Shown: one piece after another, positions 19,385 to 27,523 of the stretch | How the letters are laid out: each line of letters opens with the position of its first letter | Position numbering within the stretch: the first letter of the stretch is position 1 | Source: an uncultured archaeon | GTDB taxonomy: Archaea > Asgardarchaeota > Hermodarchaeia > Hermodarchaeales > Hermodarchaeaceae | Assembly (NCBI GenBank): GCA_964347045.1 | Contig: CAYFXC010000005.1 | Coordinates: forward strand, 98,282 to 162,281 | Length of the DNA: 64,000 nt | Direction of reading: 5' to 3' | Notes under the pieces: model-generated | What the model was told of the DNA's origin: nothing | Databases searched by the model: none | The model's input: only the letters and a program-made list of their open reading frames with translations | Translations under genes and position numbers: made by a program

Positions 19385-20848
19385 ATGAAAATAGATAGAA
19401 ATTGGGTTACAGCTGCAATCCTTACACTTCCGTGTAATTGGGTGATCGCGTTTTTCTTTTTTATGCGTCCATATATCCTTTCGAATCCAATATTCATTTT
19501 TCTTTTAACAATTGGATTACTGATTGGGCTTTCTGTAGGTGGTCTAGTTGCTGACAAACTACGTGGACGAAATCTTATCTTTGGTCTCGTTGAAACAATG
19601 ATTCTGGTAATCGGTATCATTCAATGGTCCCTTCCCTCAGATATTTGGTTAACATCCTTTGGTCTGCTTCTTTTTTGTCTTATTCTATTTCTTTTTGGTG
19701 CTGCCCTCGCACTTTTGACTGTATTTCTTAATCAATTAGTTTCGAGTATTCATCGTGGACGCCTGGTGGGTATTCTTACAGCTTTGTCGCTAGCTTTCGT
19801 GGGGCTTTTTTCCTTTGTCTGGAGTTTTCCCACTCCTTCATCTTTTGCCCCTGCTATTACAGCTGGTATACTTCTACTATTACTTGTAATCACCTTTATT
19901 ATACAAACCTGGAAAGGAGAACTTCAAACGTATATGGTGCCAGGGTCTATCCGTCCATATGCTATTTGGTGGATAATCTATCTTACTGCTTTTGGATTGT
20001 ATGTCTGGGCTACTCCCTTAGAGCGTCGCTTTTTGTTACCCATTCTAAATTTATCTGGACCAATTACTATACTCATACTATTAGGACTTGGGGGTGCCAT
20101 TTTCGTCCTTACGTTCCTACCCGATAAACTTGGGCGAAAACTCGGCTTTAATATTGGAACTCTTCTTCTCGGATTACTGTGTATTTTTGGCCCAGCACAA
20201 TTCACTCCCATTATTGGTTTACCTGTTTCAATCGTTTTGTCAATCGTGGAAGCTTTTGTAATTGCATTTATTTTCGGAATCGGAGTTTGGCTTGTTTGGG
20301 CTGAAGTTGGGTCCGTTGGATTGAAGGGTCGTCGTGTAGCGTTTGGTTGGGGGATGGTGGCACTTCTTGGAGCACTGCTCTGGGCTATTATTATTACGCC
20401 ATCCGTTTCTCTTATACCACTTTTAGTATATCCGATTGCTGCTTCACTGGTTTTGATAAGCATTTTTCCTCTCACTAATGCTCGTGAAGTTGTCTGGAAT
20501 GAAAGAATCGTTGAAGATATTGATGTTAGCGTCGACAGTCGACAAGTGAGTCGAGCTCTTCGAGACCTTGAGGTTGATACTTCGCTTCGAAGCATTGAAG
20601 AACAAATTGAAGCTGAAATCGCACAACTTACAAAAATTAAGGGTCTCACAAAAAAGCAAGCTAAAGAATTACGCGATGCAGGTTATGAAACCCCTGAATT
20701 AGTGGCTCGTGCCAACAGGGAAAGTCTCGCTCAAATGTTGTCAATCTCGCTTGAGAACGCGGAGCAAATTATCAAAAATGCTAAGACAGTATCACTCCAA
20801 ACAATGAGACCACGGGCGAAATCCTCAAGAAAGAGAAAAACTAAGTAA
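19385..20848 (+). CDS. Polytopic (MFS-like) membrane protein with C-terminal helix-hairpin-helix domain
   Basis: About 12 hydrophobic segments; MFS motif A-like VADKLRGR and LPDKLGRK; IKGLTKKQAKELRDAGYET HhH; basic tail. Confidence 0.7.
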   Translation: MKIDRNWVTAAILTLPCNWVIAFFFFMRPYILSNPIFIFLLTIGLLIGLSVGGLVADKLRGRNLIFGLVETMILVIGIIQWSLPSDIWLTSFGLLLFCLILFLFGAALALLTVFLNQLVSSIHRGRLVGILTALSLAFVGLFSFVWSFPTPSSFAPAITAGILLLLLVITFIIQTWKGELQTYMVPGSIRPYAIWWIIYLTAFGLYVWATPLERRFLLPILNLSGPITILILLGLGGAIFVLTFLPDKLGRKLGFNIGTLLLGLLCIFGPAQFTPIIGLPVSIVLSIVEAFVIAFIFGIGVWLVWAEVGSVGLKGRRVAFGWGMVALLGALLWAIIITPSVSLIPLLVYPIAASLVLISIFPLTNAREVVWNERIVEDIDVSVDSRQVSRALRDLEVDTSLRSIEEQIEAEIAQLTKIKGLTKKQAKELRDAGYETPELVARANRESLAQMLSISLENAEQIIKNAKTVSLQTMRPRAKSSRKRKTK

Positions 20849-20919
20849 TAGAACTCTAGATGATGTAAAATCAGAAGCATCCAAACGCAATTCGTTATGT
20901 TGGGAGACTCCGAGAGTTC

Positions 20920-22575
20920 ATGACATCGAAAGGGCGAAAGAGGACAAAAGCTAGGCAAAAACGTCTGGGACAATTTTTCACTCCAGACTGGGTGGTCGAC
21001 TACATTATTCGACACACACTAGTTCCTGCCATTGATGAAGATCCTGAACGGCTTCTTGGTGAATTCACGGTTCTCGATCCGGCTTGTGGTGATGGCGCCT
21101 TTCTTCTTGGTGTGTTACGTTTCCTATCAGCAAGAGTTGAAACATATCCTGTCTCTCAACAAAGTTTATTCCTTCGAAGTATTGTTGACAGCATTCACGG
21201 CATAGATGTGGATCCGAGGGCTATAAAACGCTGTCATCAACGCCTAGAAGAAGCCAGCAAAGAATTTCTAAATGCACCTGCTGATTTCTCCCAACGGGTT
21301 CTTCGTGGTAATAGCCTCATCCAAACTGATGAAAATGCCCAAAATATCTTTGGAGCGAACCTTGAAAAACAGCAACCTGTCGATTGGCACCGTGTCTATC
21401 CTTGGGTGATGCGCGATGGGGGCTTTGATGCGATTGTTGGCAACCCTCCTTTTCTTGGCATAAAGGCTATGGATCCTGAATTCAAAAATTATATTCGAAG
21501 CCGGTATCGAACCATTCATCAGCAATTTGACATTCTTATCCCGTTTATCGAATTAGGCCTATCTCTTCTCCGTCCTGGTGGGCGCCTTGGCTTCATTATA
21601 AGTAACAAGGTTCTTGCAGCAGATTATGGACGCGTTCTCCGGAAAACTATTATCAATAATTATGTTATCGAACAGATGGTCGACCTATCTCACCTCAATG
21701 TTTTCGAAGATGCCGCAACCTATCCTCACATAATTATAATTCGAAAACCCCGAAACCCCGACGAAGTCCGACAAAACAAAGTCTTAGTTCCTACTACTCT
21801 TCTACACCCAGATGAACTAACATCTGGAAAAGACTTCACTAACTATGTCCCCCAACATTATTACGCAATGTTACCTAACTCCATTCTTGCTCCCTCATTA
21901 ACAGAAGAAAAATTCTCCATAATTCGGAAACTCCTTCACGACACAATTCCTTTAGCTCAAGCCTGTGCAATCCGATGTGGAATCGCCAAAACAGGCTTTA
22001 CCAAACATCTCATATCAGTGTCTGCCTACAAACGGTTAAGCAAAAAAATCCAAATGAAAACACTCCCCTTTTTAAACGCAGGTGATGTCCAACGCTATTC
22101 CCTTCGACGAAAGAAATTCCTTTCCTACACGTCAGTTCTTGCATCTCCTGATCAATGGAGGGACTTCAAAGAACCCAAAATTGTAATCGCCGGCATGGCA
22201 AAACGTCTTAGGGTCGCCCTCGACCAAACCGGACATGCTCTTGGACGAGTCTACTATGTCACCCAAACTCGTACTCCCTATGACCCTCTTTTTATGCTTG
22301 GACTTCTCAACTCTCGCCTTATTAACGCATACTTTTCAATTCTCTTTGTTGCCACCCATCTGCGTAGTGGTTATATCCGCTATAATGCCACCTACCTGGA
22401 ACAAATTCCTTTAGTAACCCCTACCCAACACCAGGAAGAACAACTGGCTGATCTTGCCCGGCTGGTTGTGCAGAATCCAAAATATTTGACAAAGGGGCTA
22501 GATCATGAAATTGATGAAGTGGTCAATAACTTGTATGGCCTAAGCTTTGATGAGGTTTCTTTGTTAGAAGAATAG
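20920..22575 (+). CDS. N6-adenine DNA methyltransferase, gamma class (TaqI/Eco57I-like) with TaqI-C target recognition domain
   Basis: GQFFTP, LDPACGDG, FDAIVGNPPF, LGLLNS. Confidence 0.9.
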   Translation: MTSKGRKRTKARQKRLGQFFTPDWVVDYIIRHTLVPAIDEDPERLLGEFTVLDPACGDGAFLLGVLRFLSARVETYPVSQQSLFLRSIVDSIHGIDVDPRAIKRCHQRLEEASKEFLNAPADFSQRVLRGNSLIQTDENAQNIFGANLEKQQPVDWHRVYPWVMRDGGFDAIVGNPPFLGIKAMDPEFKNYIRSRYRTIHQQFDILIPFIELGLSLLRPGGRLGFIISNKVLAADYGRVLRKTIINNYVIEQMVDLSHLNVFEDAATYPHIIIIRKPRNPDEVRQNKVLVPTTLLHPDELTSGKDFTNYVPQHYYAMLPNSILAPSLTEEKFSIIRKLLHDTIPLAQACAIRCGIAKTGFTKHLISVSAYKRLSKKIQMKTLPFLNAGDVQRYSLRRKKFLSYTSVLASPDQWRDFKEPKIVIAGMAKRLRVALDQTGHALGRVYYVTQTRTPYDPLFMLGLLNSRLINAYFSILFVATHLRSGYIRYNATYLEQIPLVTPTQHQEEQLADLARLVVQNPKYLTKGLDHEIDEVVNNLYGLSFDEVSLLEE

Positions 22576-22692
22576 ATTTAAAAGGAATTAGTATACAAAA
22601 TTCTTCAAGATATAATATTCTCACCTCGTGAGAAAAGGAGATTAAAAACAAAAACCGTCCTATCTCTCTTTGAGAACAACAAGGTGGTAAAT

Positions 22693-23337
22693 ATGGCTCA
22701 TCAAGATGTAATAACATTTGAACCTGAACGCATTAAGATTATATATGATCGAAAGATTAACGAGATCTTATTAGACCCGAACCATCTTCCCATTATTCGG
22801 GCACTCCGGAAGGGGCCCATGACGGTTCGGGAAATCGAAGAAGCATATTCTAAAGCAGCGGAAGATTCTGATGAAATTGAAGCAAAATCTGATAAAACTA
22901 TTTATCGTTATTTGAAAGTATTAGAAAAATCAGATCTTGTTGTTCCTGCAGGTCAACGGGTTGTAATTGGTAAAACAGCAACTGAAACGCTTTTTTCACG
23001 AACTGCTGAAGCATTTATCACAGGGCAAAGTGAAAAGGAATATTGGAGCTGCGACATTGGAAAAGAACTCGCTGAAAAAATGGCTCAGATACTCGGTAAA
23101 ATCGTTGGTGACAAAAAACCAGACATTAATTGCATAGTCACATTCATGAACGACTTCGATGCAATTGGTAACAAATACATTGTCAGCCTAATCGAAGAAG
23201 CTGATGATGAAATGATTGATCTCATCACTGATCTTGACTGGAAGTACAAAGATAAAATACTCAATTATGTCAGTTTCTTCGCGACTGTTCTAAAAAATCC
23301 TGCGCTCTTTGAAAAGCTTCAAGCCTGCTTTAAATAA
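22693..23337 (+). CDS. Winged-helix (ArsR-like) DNA-binding protein
   Basis: IIRALRKGPMTVREI...KTIYRYLKVLEKSDLV; SD GGTGGT before ATG 22693. Confidence 0.75.
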   Translation: MAHQDVITFEPERIKIIYDRKINEILLDPNHLPIIRALRKGPMTVREIEEAYSKAAEDSDEIEAKSDKTIYRYLKVLEKSDLVVPAGQRVVIGKTATETLFSRTAEAFITGQSEKEYWSCDIGKELAEKMAQILGKIVGDKKPDINCIVTFMNDFDAIGNKYIVSLIEEADDEMIDLITDLDWKYKDKILNYVSFFATVLKNPALFEKLQACFK

Positions 23338-23353
23338 TTGAGCGCAGGCGTTC

Positions 23354-24664
23354 TTAGCTTCCCTCTTTGCTTTTGGTGGGTTGCTCCTCGGATTCGGGTT
23401 GACTACGCCGATTACGGATCTGAAAGTATACTTCTATACAAAGGGGAATTGTAACAACTACGCTCAATAAGATAAATGCAATAATTGTAATCTGTTCAAA
23501 TGTTAATGGAAAACGCGGAGTGGCTGGTGTCTGATACCCAATCGCTGAGATGATGTAATCTTCCATGATAGTTGAAAAGGAAGCTTCTTCGTACCAAGCA
23601 GTAAATACTACAACAAGATTGTGTTCAGGAACGACGTTGATCTGTTGACCATGATAGCCAATCGCTAGATAGGTATTGATTGGTAAATTTAGCCACCACT
23701 GGTATCCATAGCCTAATGTATCTGTATCATTATATGGTGTAGCGTGATTTGCAGTGGATTCATTTATCCAAGACTGAGGAATTAATTGTTGATTGTCCCA
23801 AGTACCATTATTCAAATATAAGAAACCGAACTTTGCCATATCTCGTGGTGTGAGGTGCAGGTCGGAGCACCCAATAACGACACCTTGGGGGTCAGTATCC
23901 CATTGGTAATCTGTAATTCCGAGGGGTGAAAATAGGTGGCTATCTGCATATGAAAGAGTAGTGCTACCTACAGTCTGGTTGATAATCATTGAAAGAAGAT
24001 GAGATCCGCCTGAATTGTAATCCCATATCTCACCTGGATTATATCTCATGGGTTGGTCCAACACATATTGCACCCAATCGGCGCTATCATTCATATAGGC
24101 ATAACTGCTGGTCGGACCATAAGGCCATTCATACCAAGCCAAACCAGATGTCATTGTCAACACCTGTTTCAAAGTAATGGCTTCCTTCTCCGTAGTGAGG
24201 TTGGCAATTGTACGGTCTGGGAAGAAACTCACCAAAGTTTCATTAACGCCTGCAATATGCTCTTCTTCAATCGCCATCCCGATCAACGCTGATATTATAC
24301 TTTTTGTACACGAGAAAATGTTGATTTGCTGATCTTGATCATATGCGGGGTCGTAATATGATTCCCAAACAATGTATCCGTTACGGATTATCAGAATAGA
24401 GCGTATCAAATTTCCCCATGATAATCGCTGAATATATCCTTCCATGGCTTGCAGCTGAATCGAACTCATACCTTGTGCTTCTGGGCTCGTTGAACGCCAA
24501 CCATCTGTTGGCCAGTAATCGGGGGCTGCCGAAACACGAAATGCTGGTTGATTGTTTTCTGCTATCGATGGGCTTATCACTAGCAAGGCCAACGCTACAA
24601 TCATGATGAACCAAAGTTTGCTTCTTAAAGCCATACAGACCGACCTAGAAGTTGAGTGTTTCAC
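23354..24664 (-). CDS. Membrane-anchored serine hydrolase (beta-lactamase/AmpC family)
   Basis: Signal peptide, SCTK (SxxK), LTMTSGL, DYNS, YGYQWW, C-terminal TM helix. Confidence 0.9.
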   Translation of the reverse strand: MKHSTSRSVCMALRSKLWFIMIVALALLVISPSIAENNQPAFRVSAAPDYWPTDGWRSTSPEAQGMSSIQLQAMEGYIQRLSWGNLIRSILIIRNGYIVWESYYDPAYDQDQQINIFSCTKSIISALIGMAIEEEHIAGVNETLVSFFPDRTIANLTTEKEAITLKQVLTMTSGLAWYEWPYGPTSSYAYMNDSADWVQYVLDQPMRYNPGEIWDYNSGGSHLLSMIINQTVGSTTLSYADSHLFSPLGITDYQWDTDPQGVVIGCSDLHLTPRDMAKFGFLYLNNGTWDNQQLIPQSWINESTANHATPYNDTDTLGYGYQWWLNLPINTYLAIGYHGQQINVVPEHNLVVVFTAWYEEASFSTIMEDYIISAIGYQTPATPRFPLTFEQITIIAFILLSVVVTIPLCIEVYFQIRNRRSQPESEEQPTKSKEGS

Positions 24665-24878
24665 TCCTCATCCAAAGTTTCATCTTATATGCTCATGGAA
24701 TGTGGCAAGAAATCGTTTGCCTTGTTGTGTGTAAGAGTTTCGTGTTGGTGGGGGCTAGTATGGTCTTATTTTCTCATCATATAGTAGTCATTATCTCCAA
24801 AACCGATACATTTATATTATAGTTGTAGATAGTATTCTCATCCCGTAAGAATATCGGGACATGTGGTGGTAAAGAATA

Positions 24879-25016
24879 ATGTCAAAGAAAAAAATCAACT
24901 TCGCTGGAATTGGTATCGGTGAACGAGCTGCCCTTGGGGGTCGCAATCCTCATCCAACCCCGAACTTTCAGCGAGCATACAAAGTCATGGCCTCGCGAAG
25001 AGGTTCAAAGTGGTGA
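24879..25016 (+). CDS. Micro-ORF 1 (45 aa, basic): MSKKKINFAGIGIGERAALGGRNPHPTPNFQRAYKVMASRRGSKW
   Basis: TATA-like TTTATAT at ~24811, SD GGTGGT at ~24865-24870; below the ORF-track cutoff. Confidence 0.55.
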   Translation: MSKKKINFAGIGIGERAALGGRNPHPTPNFQRAYKVMASRRGSKW

Positions 25017-25052
25017 ACGCCGAATAAATAATCAACTAAAGTGGTGATAAAT

Positions 25053-25133
25053 ATGGCAGTTAATAAGAAAGCTCATTATCAAGCTCATAGTAAAAATAAC
25101 TTCGTGTACACTCTAGTCCTTGTTCGAAGGTAG
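25053..25133 (+). CDS. Micro-ORF 2 (26 aa): MAVNKKAHYQAHSKNNFVYTLVLVRR
   Basis: Canonical SD GGTGA at 25043-25047, 5 nt before ATG. Confidence 0.45.
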   Translation: MAVNKKAHYQAHSKNNFVYTLVLVRR

Positions 25134-25199
25134 CCTGAATACAATCATGAAGAAATAAACCGGAGAGGGGCTCTTCCTTTATAATGATGTCACGAACTC

Positions 25200-25319
25200 G
25201 GGTCTTCCGGAACTTACAAGCTACTCAATTCCGTTGTCTACCTAGTAGGCCCACAAACCTCATTGGCGCAAATAACCATTCCTCACTTCTCCTCTTGGCT
25301 AGCAGTTTCCGGAAGGCCC
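25200..25319 (+). ncRNA. Putative structured RNA element (~120 nt closed by a 13-bp helix)
   Basis: GGGTCTTCCGGAA (25200-25212) pairs with TTCCGGAAGGCCC (25307-25319), with one G-U pair; followed by a T-tract. Confidence 0.45.
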
Positions 25320-25320
25320 A

Positions 25321-25335
25321 TTATTTTTTTTATTC
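25321..25335 (+). terminator. Oligo-T terminator after the structured element
   Basis: TTATTTTTTTTATTC directly after the long stem. Confidence 0.5.
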
Positions 25336-25711
25336 TAGTTCTGTGTAGGTGATTGAAATGGGGGAGTTCAATAAGACATTTCAAACCGGAATTGGCACGG
25401 AATTAGTTTTTTCAAGGTGGTCTTGGATGTTAAAACCCACTGCATTGTGCCTTTTCCTATTCAATCAAAGACGAATTTACCACCGCGAATAGGGCGATCC
25501 TTTCGTCAATAAAGGCGTTAGGTGGGTTTTAGCATCCATTTCACAATTTCCATTATAGTGGTTTTTGAGATCTTGAGAAATGAAAAAAGTATAAAAACCA
25601 CTTCGATACTTAACACCGTTAACTCCAAAGTGTCTCAAGTGTTAACTAATACTTACAAAGCACCGGTTCTATCAGCGACTATAATTGGCAAAAAAATAAG
25701 GGGTGACTGTA

Positions 25712-25858
25712 ATGGTACGATACGAATTAAACAAATGCAAAGTACCCGTCTCTGAAGATGAGCGTACCAAAAATTCTCCGGGGCTTGCCGAATGCCGCAA
25801 TCCCAAAGCACTTTATAAAGAACCCTTTGATAAAGCGCTTCTCTTTCAGCGACGCTAA
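25712..25858 (+). CDS. Micro-ORF 3 (48 aa): MVRYELNKCKVPVSEDERTKNSPGLAECRNPKALYKEPFDKALLFQRR
   Basis: Strong SD GGGGTGA at 25700-25706; downstream hairpin CGAACA/TGTTCG (25890-25910) plus T-rich tract. Confidence 0.6.
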   Translation: MVRYELNKCKVPVSEDERTKNSPGLAECRNPKALYKEPFDKALLFQRR

Positions 25859-26041
25859 GAAATTGGAATAAATCTTTCCGTTTGCGGGTCGAACACCTAC
25901 TGGTTGTTCGTCCTCCCATTTCTTTTTATCCAAAATTTATTTTTCAATGCCAAAAGGGAAAGGTTTTTACACAACATGAGATAACATTCTCACTGCATTA
26001 GAAAACTAATTTCTTGCACTTATTCACAGGCAAATAAACAG

Positions 26042-27250
26042 GTGAAAAACTTGCCCTCAAAAGTCTATTTTGGATCCATCCAACAAGGTCGAGACTCCGC
26101 ATTTGCCTCCCTTGCTGCTAAACTCGAAAAACTCCTCGAACACCTTGATTTCTCCACTATCGAAAAAAACGACAAGGTCGCTATTAAAATGCACCTGGGA
26201 TTTCATGATGGGTATCAAACTGTACCAGTCTTTTTTGTCCGTCGCATTGTCAAAGCCGTCAAAGAAGCCGGAGGTTGGCCATTTATCACAGATAATCCCA
26301 CCGCTGTGTACAATGCTGTAGAAAGAGGATACACCCAAGAAACTTGCGGCTGCCCCCTAATCCCGGTAGCCGGAGTGAAAGATGGATACATCAAACCCGT
26401 CAAAATCAACTTCAGGAATGTTAAAGAAATCGACATGGGCGGTGTCCTCCACGATGCAGAAGCCTTAATCGATCTCACACACGCTAAAGGCCACGCCAAC
26501 TGTGGTTATGGCGGCGCTGTCAAAAATATCGCTCTCGGTGGGTATTCTGGTCCTTCACGATGGCACCGTATCCATGGTGTCGAAAATGCAGACCTCTGGT
26601 GGGATGCTAAGAAATGCTCACCTGAACACGCTCAAAAACTTGTAGAATCTTGCCCATACAATGCTCTCACCTATGATAAAGAAAAGCATCAACTCAATAT
26701 CGCGCGATTTTCATGCCACTACGGTAACTGTACCGAATGCATCAAAGCCGATAAAGACATTGGCTCTCTTAACCTTACCCCTGAGCAATTCGAAGCCTTT
26801 CAAGAATTGATGGCTATCGCGGCTAAACACATCATCGACACCTTTGATGAGAACAAACGCTTTTACATTAATGTCGCAATTGACATTACACCTCATTGTG
26901 ATTGCGTGGGGCTCATTCAACCTGCAGTAGTTCCGCACATTGGTATTCTCGCTAGTCGAGATATCATAGCGTTGGAGCAGGCGACCTTGGATATGGTTGC
27001 GGAGAAGGGTCTGATTGAAAGCGAGATTCCGCTATATTTTCAACATGTGAACTTAGATCCAGCTGCTGATCTACATCCGTTCCAACGTTTATGGGGTCCG
27101 TACAAGAATCCATATCTAGTGACAAAGCATGGCGAAAAACTAGGATTAGGTCAGAGAGAATATGAACTGGTTGAAATTCTTTCGCCTAAAAAGACTATGA
27201 AGATGAAACCGCCCAAACAACAGTTTGAAAGGGCCCCATCTTTCTTCTGA
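26042..27250 (+). CDS. DUF362 domain Fe-S protein
   Basis: VAIKMHLG, THAKGH..CGYGGAVKNIALG, ITPHCDC, IGILASRD. Confidence 0.85.
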   Translation: MKNLPSKVYFGSIQQGRDSAFASLAAKLEKLLEHLDFSTIEKNDKVAIKMHLGFHDGYQTVPVFFVRRIVKAVKEAGGWPFITDNPTAVYNAVERGYTQETCGCPLIPVAGVKDGYIKPVKINFRNVKEIDMGGVLHDAEALIDLTHAKGHANCGYGGAVKNIALGGYSGPSRWHRIHGVENADLWWDAKKCSPEHAQKLVESCPYNALTYDKEKHQLNIARFSCHYGNCTECIKADKDIGSLNLTPEQFEAFQELMAIAAKHIIDTFDENKRFYINVAIDITPHCDCVGLIQPAVVPHIGILASRDIIALEQATLDMVAEKGLIESEIPLYFQHVNLDPAADLHPFQRLWGPYKNPYLVTKHGEKLGLGQREYELVEILSPKKTMKMKPPKQQFERAPSFF

Positions 27251-27379
27251 ATCAATTGATTACTTAGGATCTTTAGATACGTACAAAGGATTTTTAATTT
27301 TCAGCATCCATCTTTGCGATGACAGTTCTCTATTCTTGAAAAGAATAATTTTTATAGACTTAACCAAATCAGTTTCTTT

Positions 27380-27467
27380 GAGGCTGAGCAGATGACAGGT
27401 GTTCACTTTCCTAATTACCCACCAATCGTTTAAAGCCACCCACTCTATTTTTACTGCTCAACGTCTC
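27380..27467 (+). promoter_or_regulatory. Structured proS 5' leader containing Pro-rich uORF MTGVHFPNYPPIV (27392-27433)
   Basis: GAGGC-TGAGCAG (27380-27391) pairs with CTGCTCA-AC-GTCTC (27454-27467); TATA-like TTTTATA at ~27350. Confidence 0.45.
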
Positions 27468-27523
27468 CTATGTGTAGAATCAAAACACCAAATGAATGAT
27501 ACCGTTCTTCGACAGGTGATATC

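Noticed and set aside
19978-20649. 223-aa minus-strand ORF
   Set aside because: Antisense shadow of the membrane-HhH gene with no motifs. The same applies to the many other short overlapping ORFs in the track (e.g. 7886..8329, 34812..35228, 61530..61907).
25014-25031. Selenocysteine read-through of the micro-ORF 1 TGA
   Set aside because: Read-through would add only a few residues with no redox motif, and no convincing SECIS core was identified.
25200-25319. 5S rRNA, suggested by the ~120-nt length and terminal helix
   Set aside because: Lacks the conserved 5S loop motifs (e.g. CCGAAC) on either strand.
25184-25348. 54-codon ORF running through the structured element
   Set aside because: No properly spaced SD and it reads through the T-tract; the RNA-structure reading is preferred, though coding is not excluded.
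25522-25933. ORF-track ORFs 25522..25755 (+), 25653..25919 (-) and 25727..25933 (-)
   Set aside because: No SD or protein-like features; they overlap the better-supported SD-led ORF 25712..25858.
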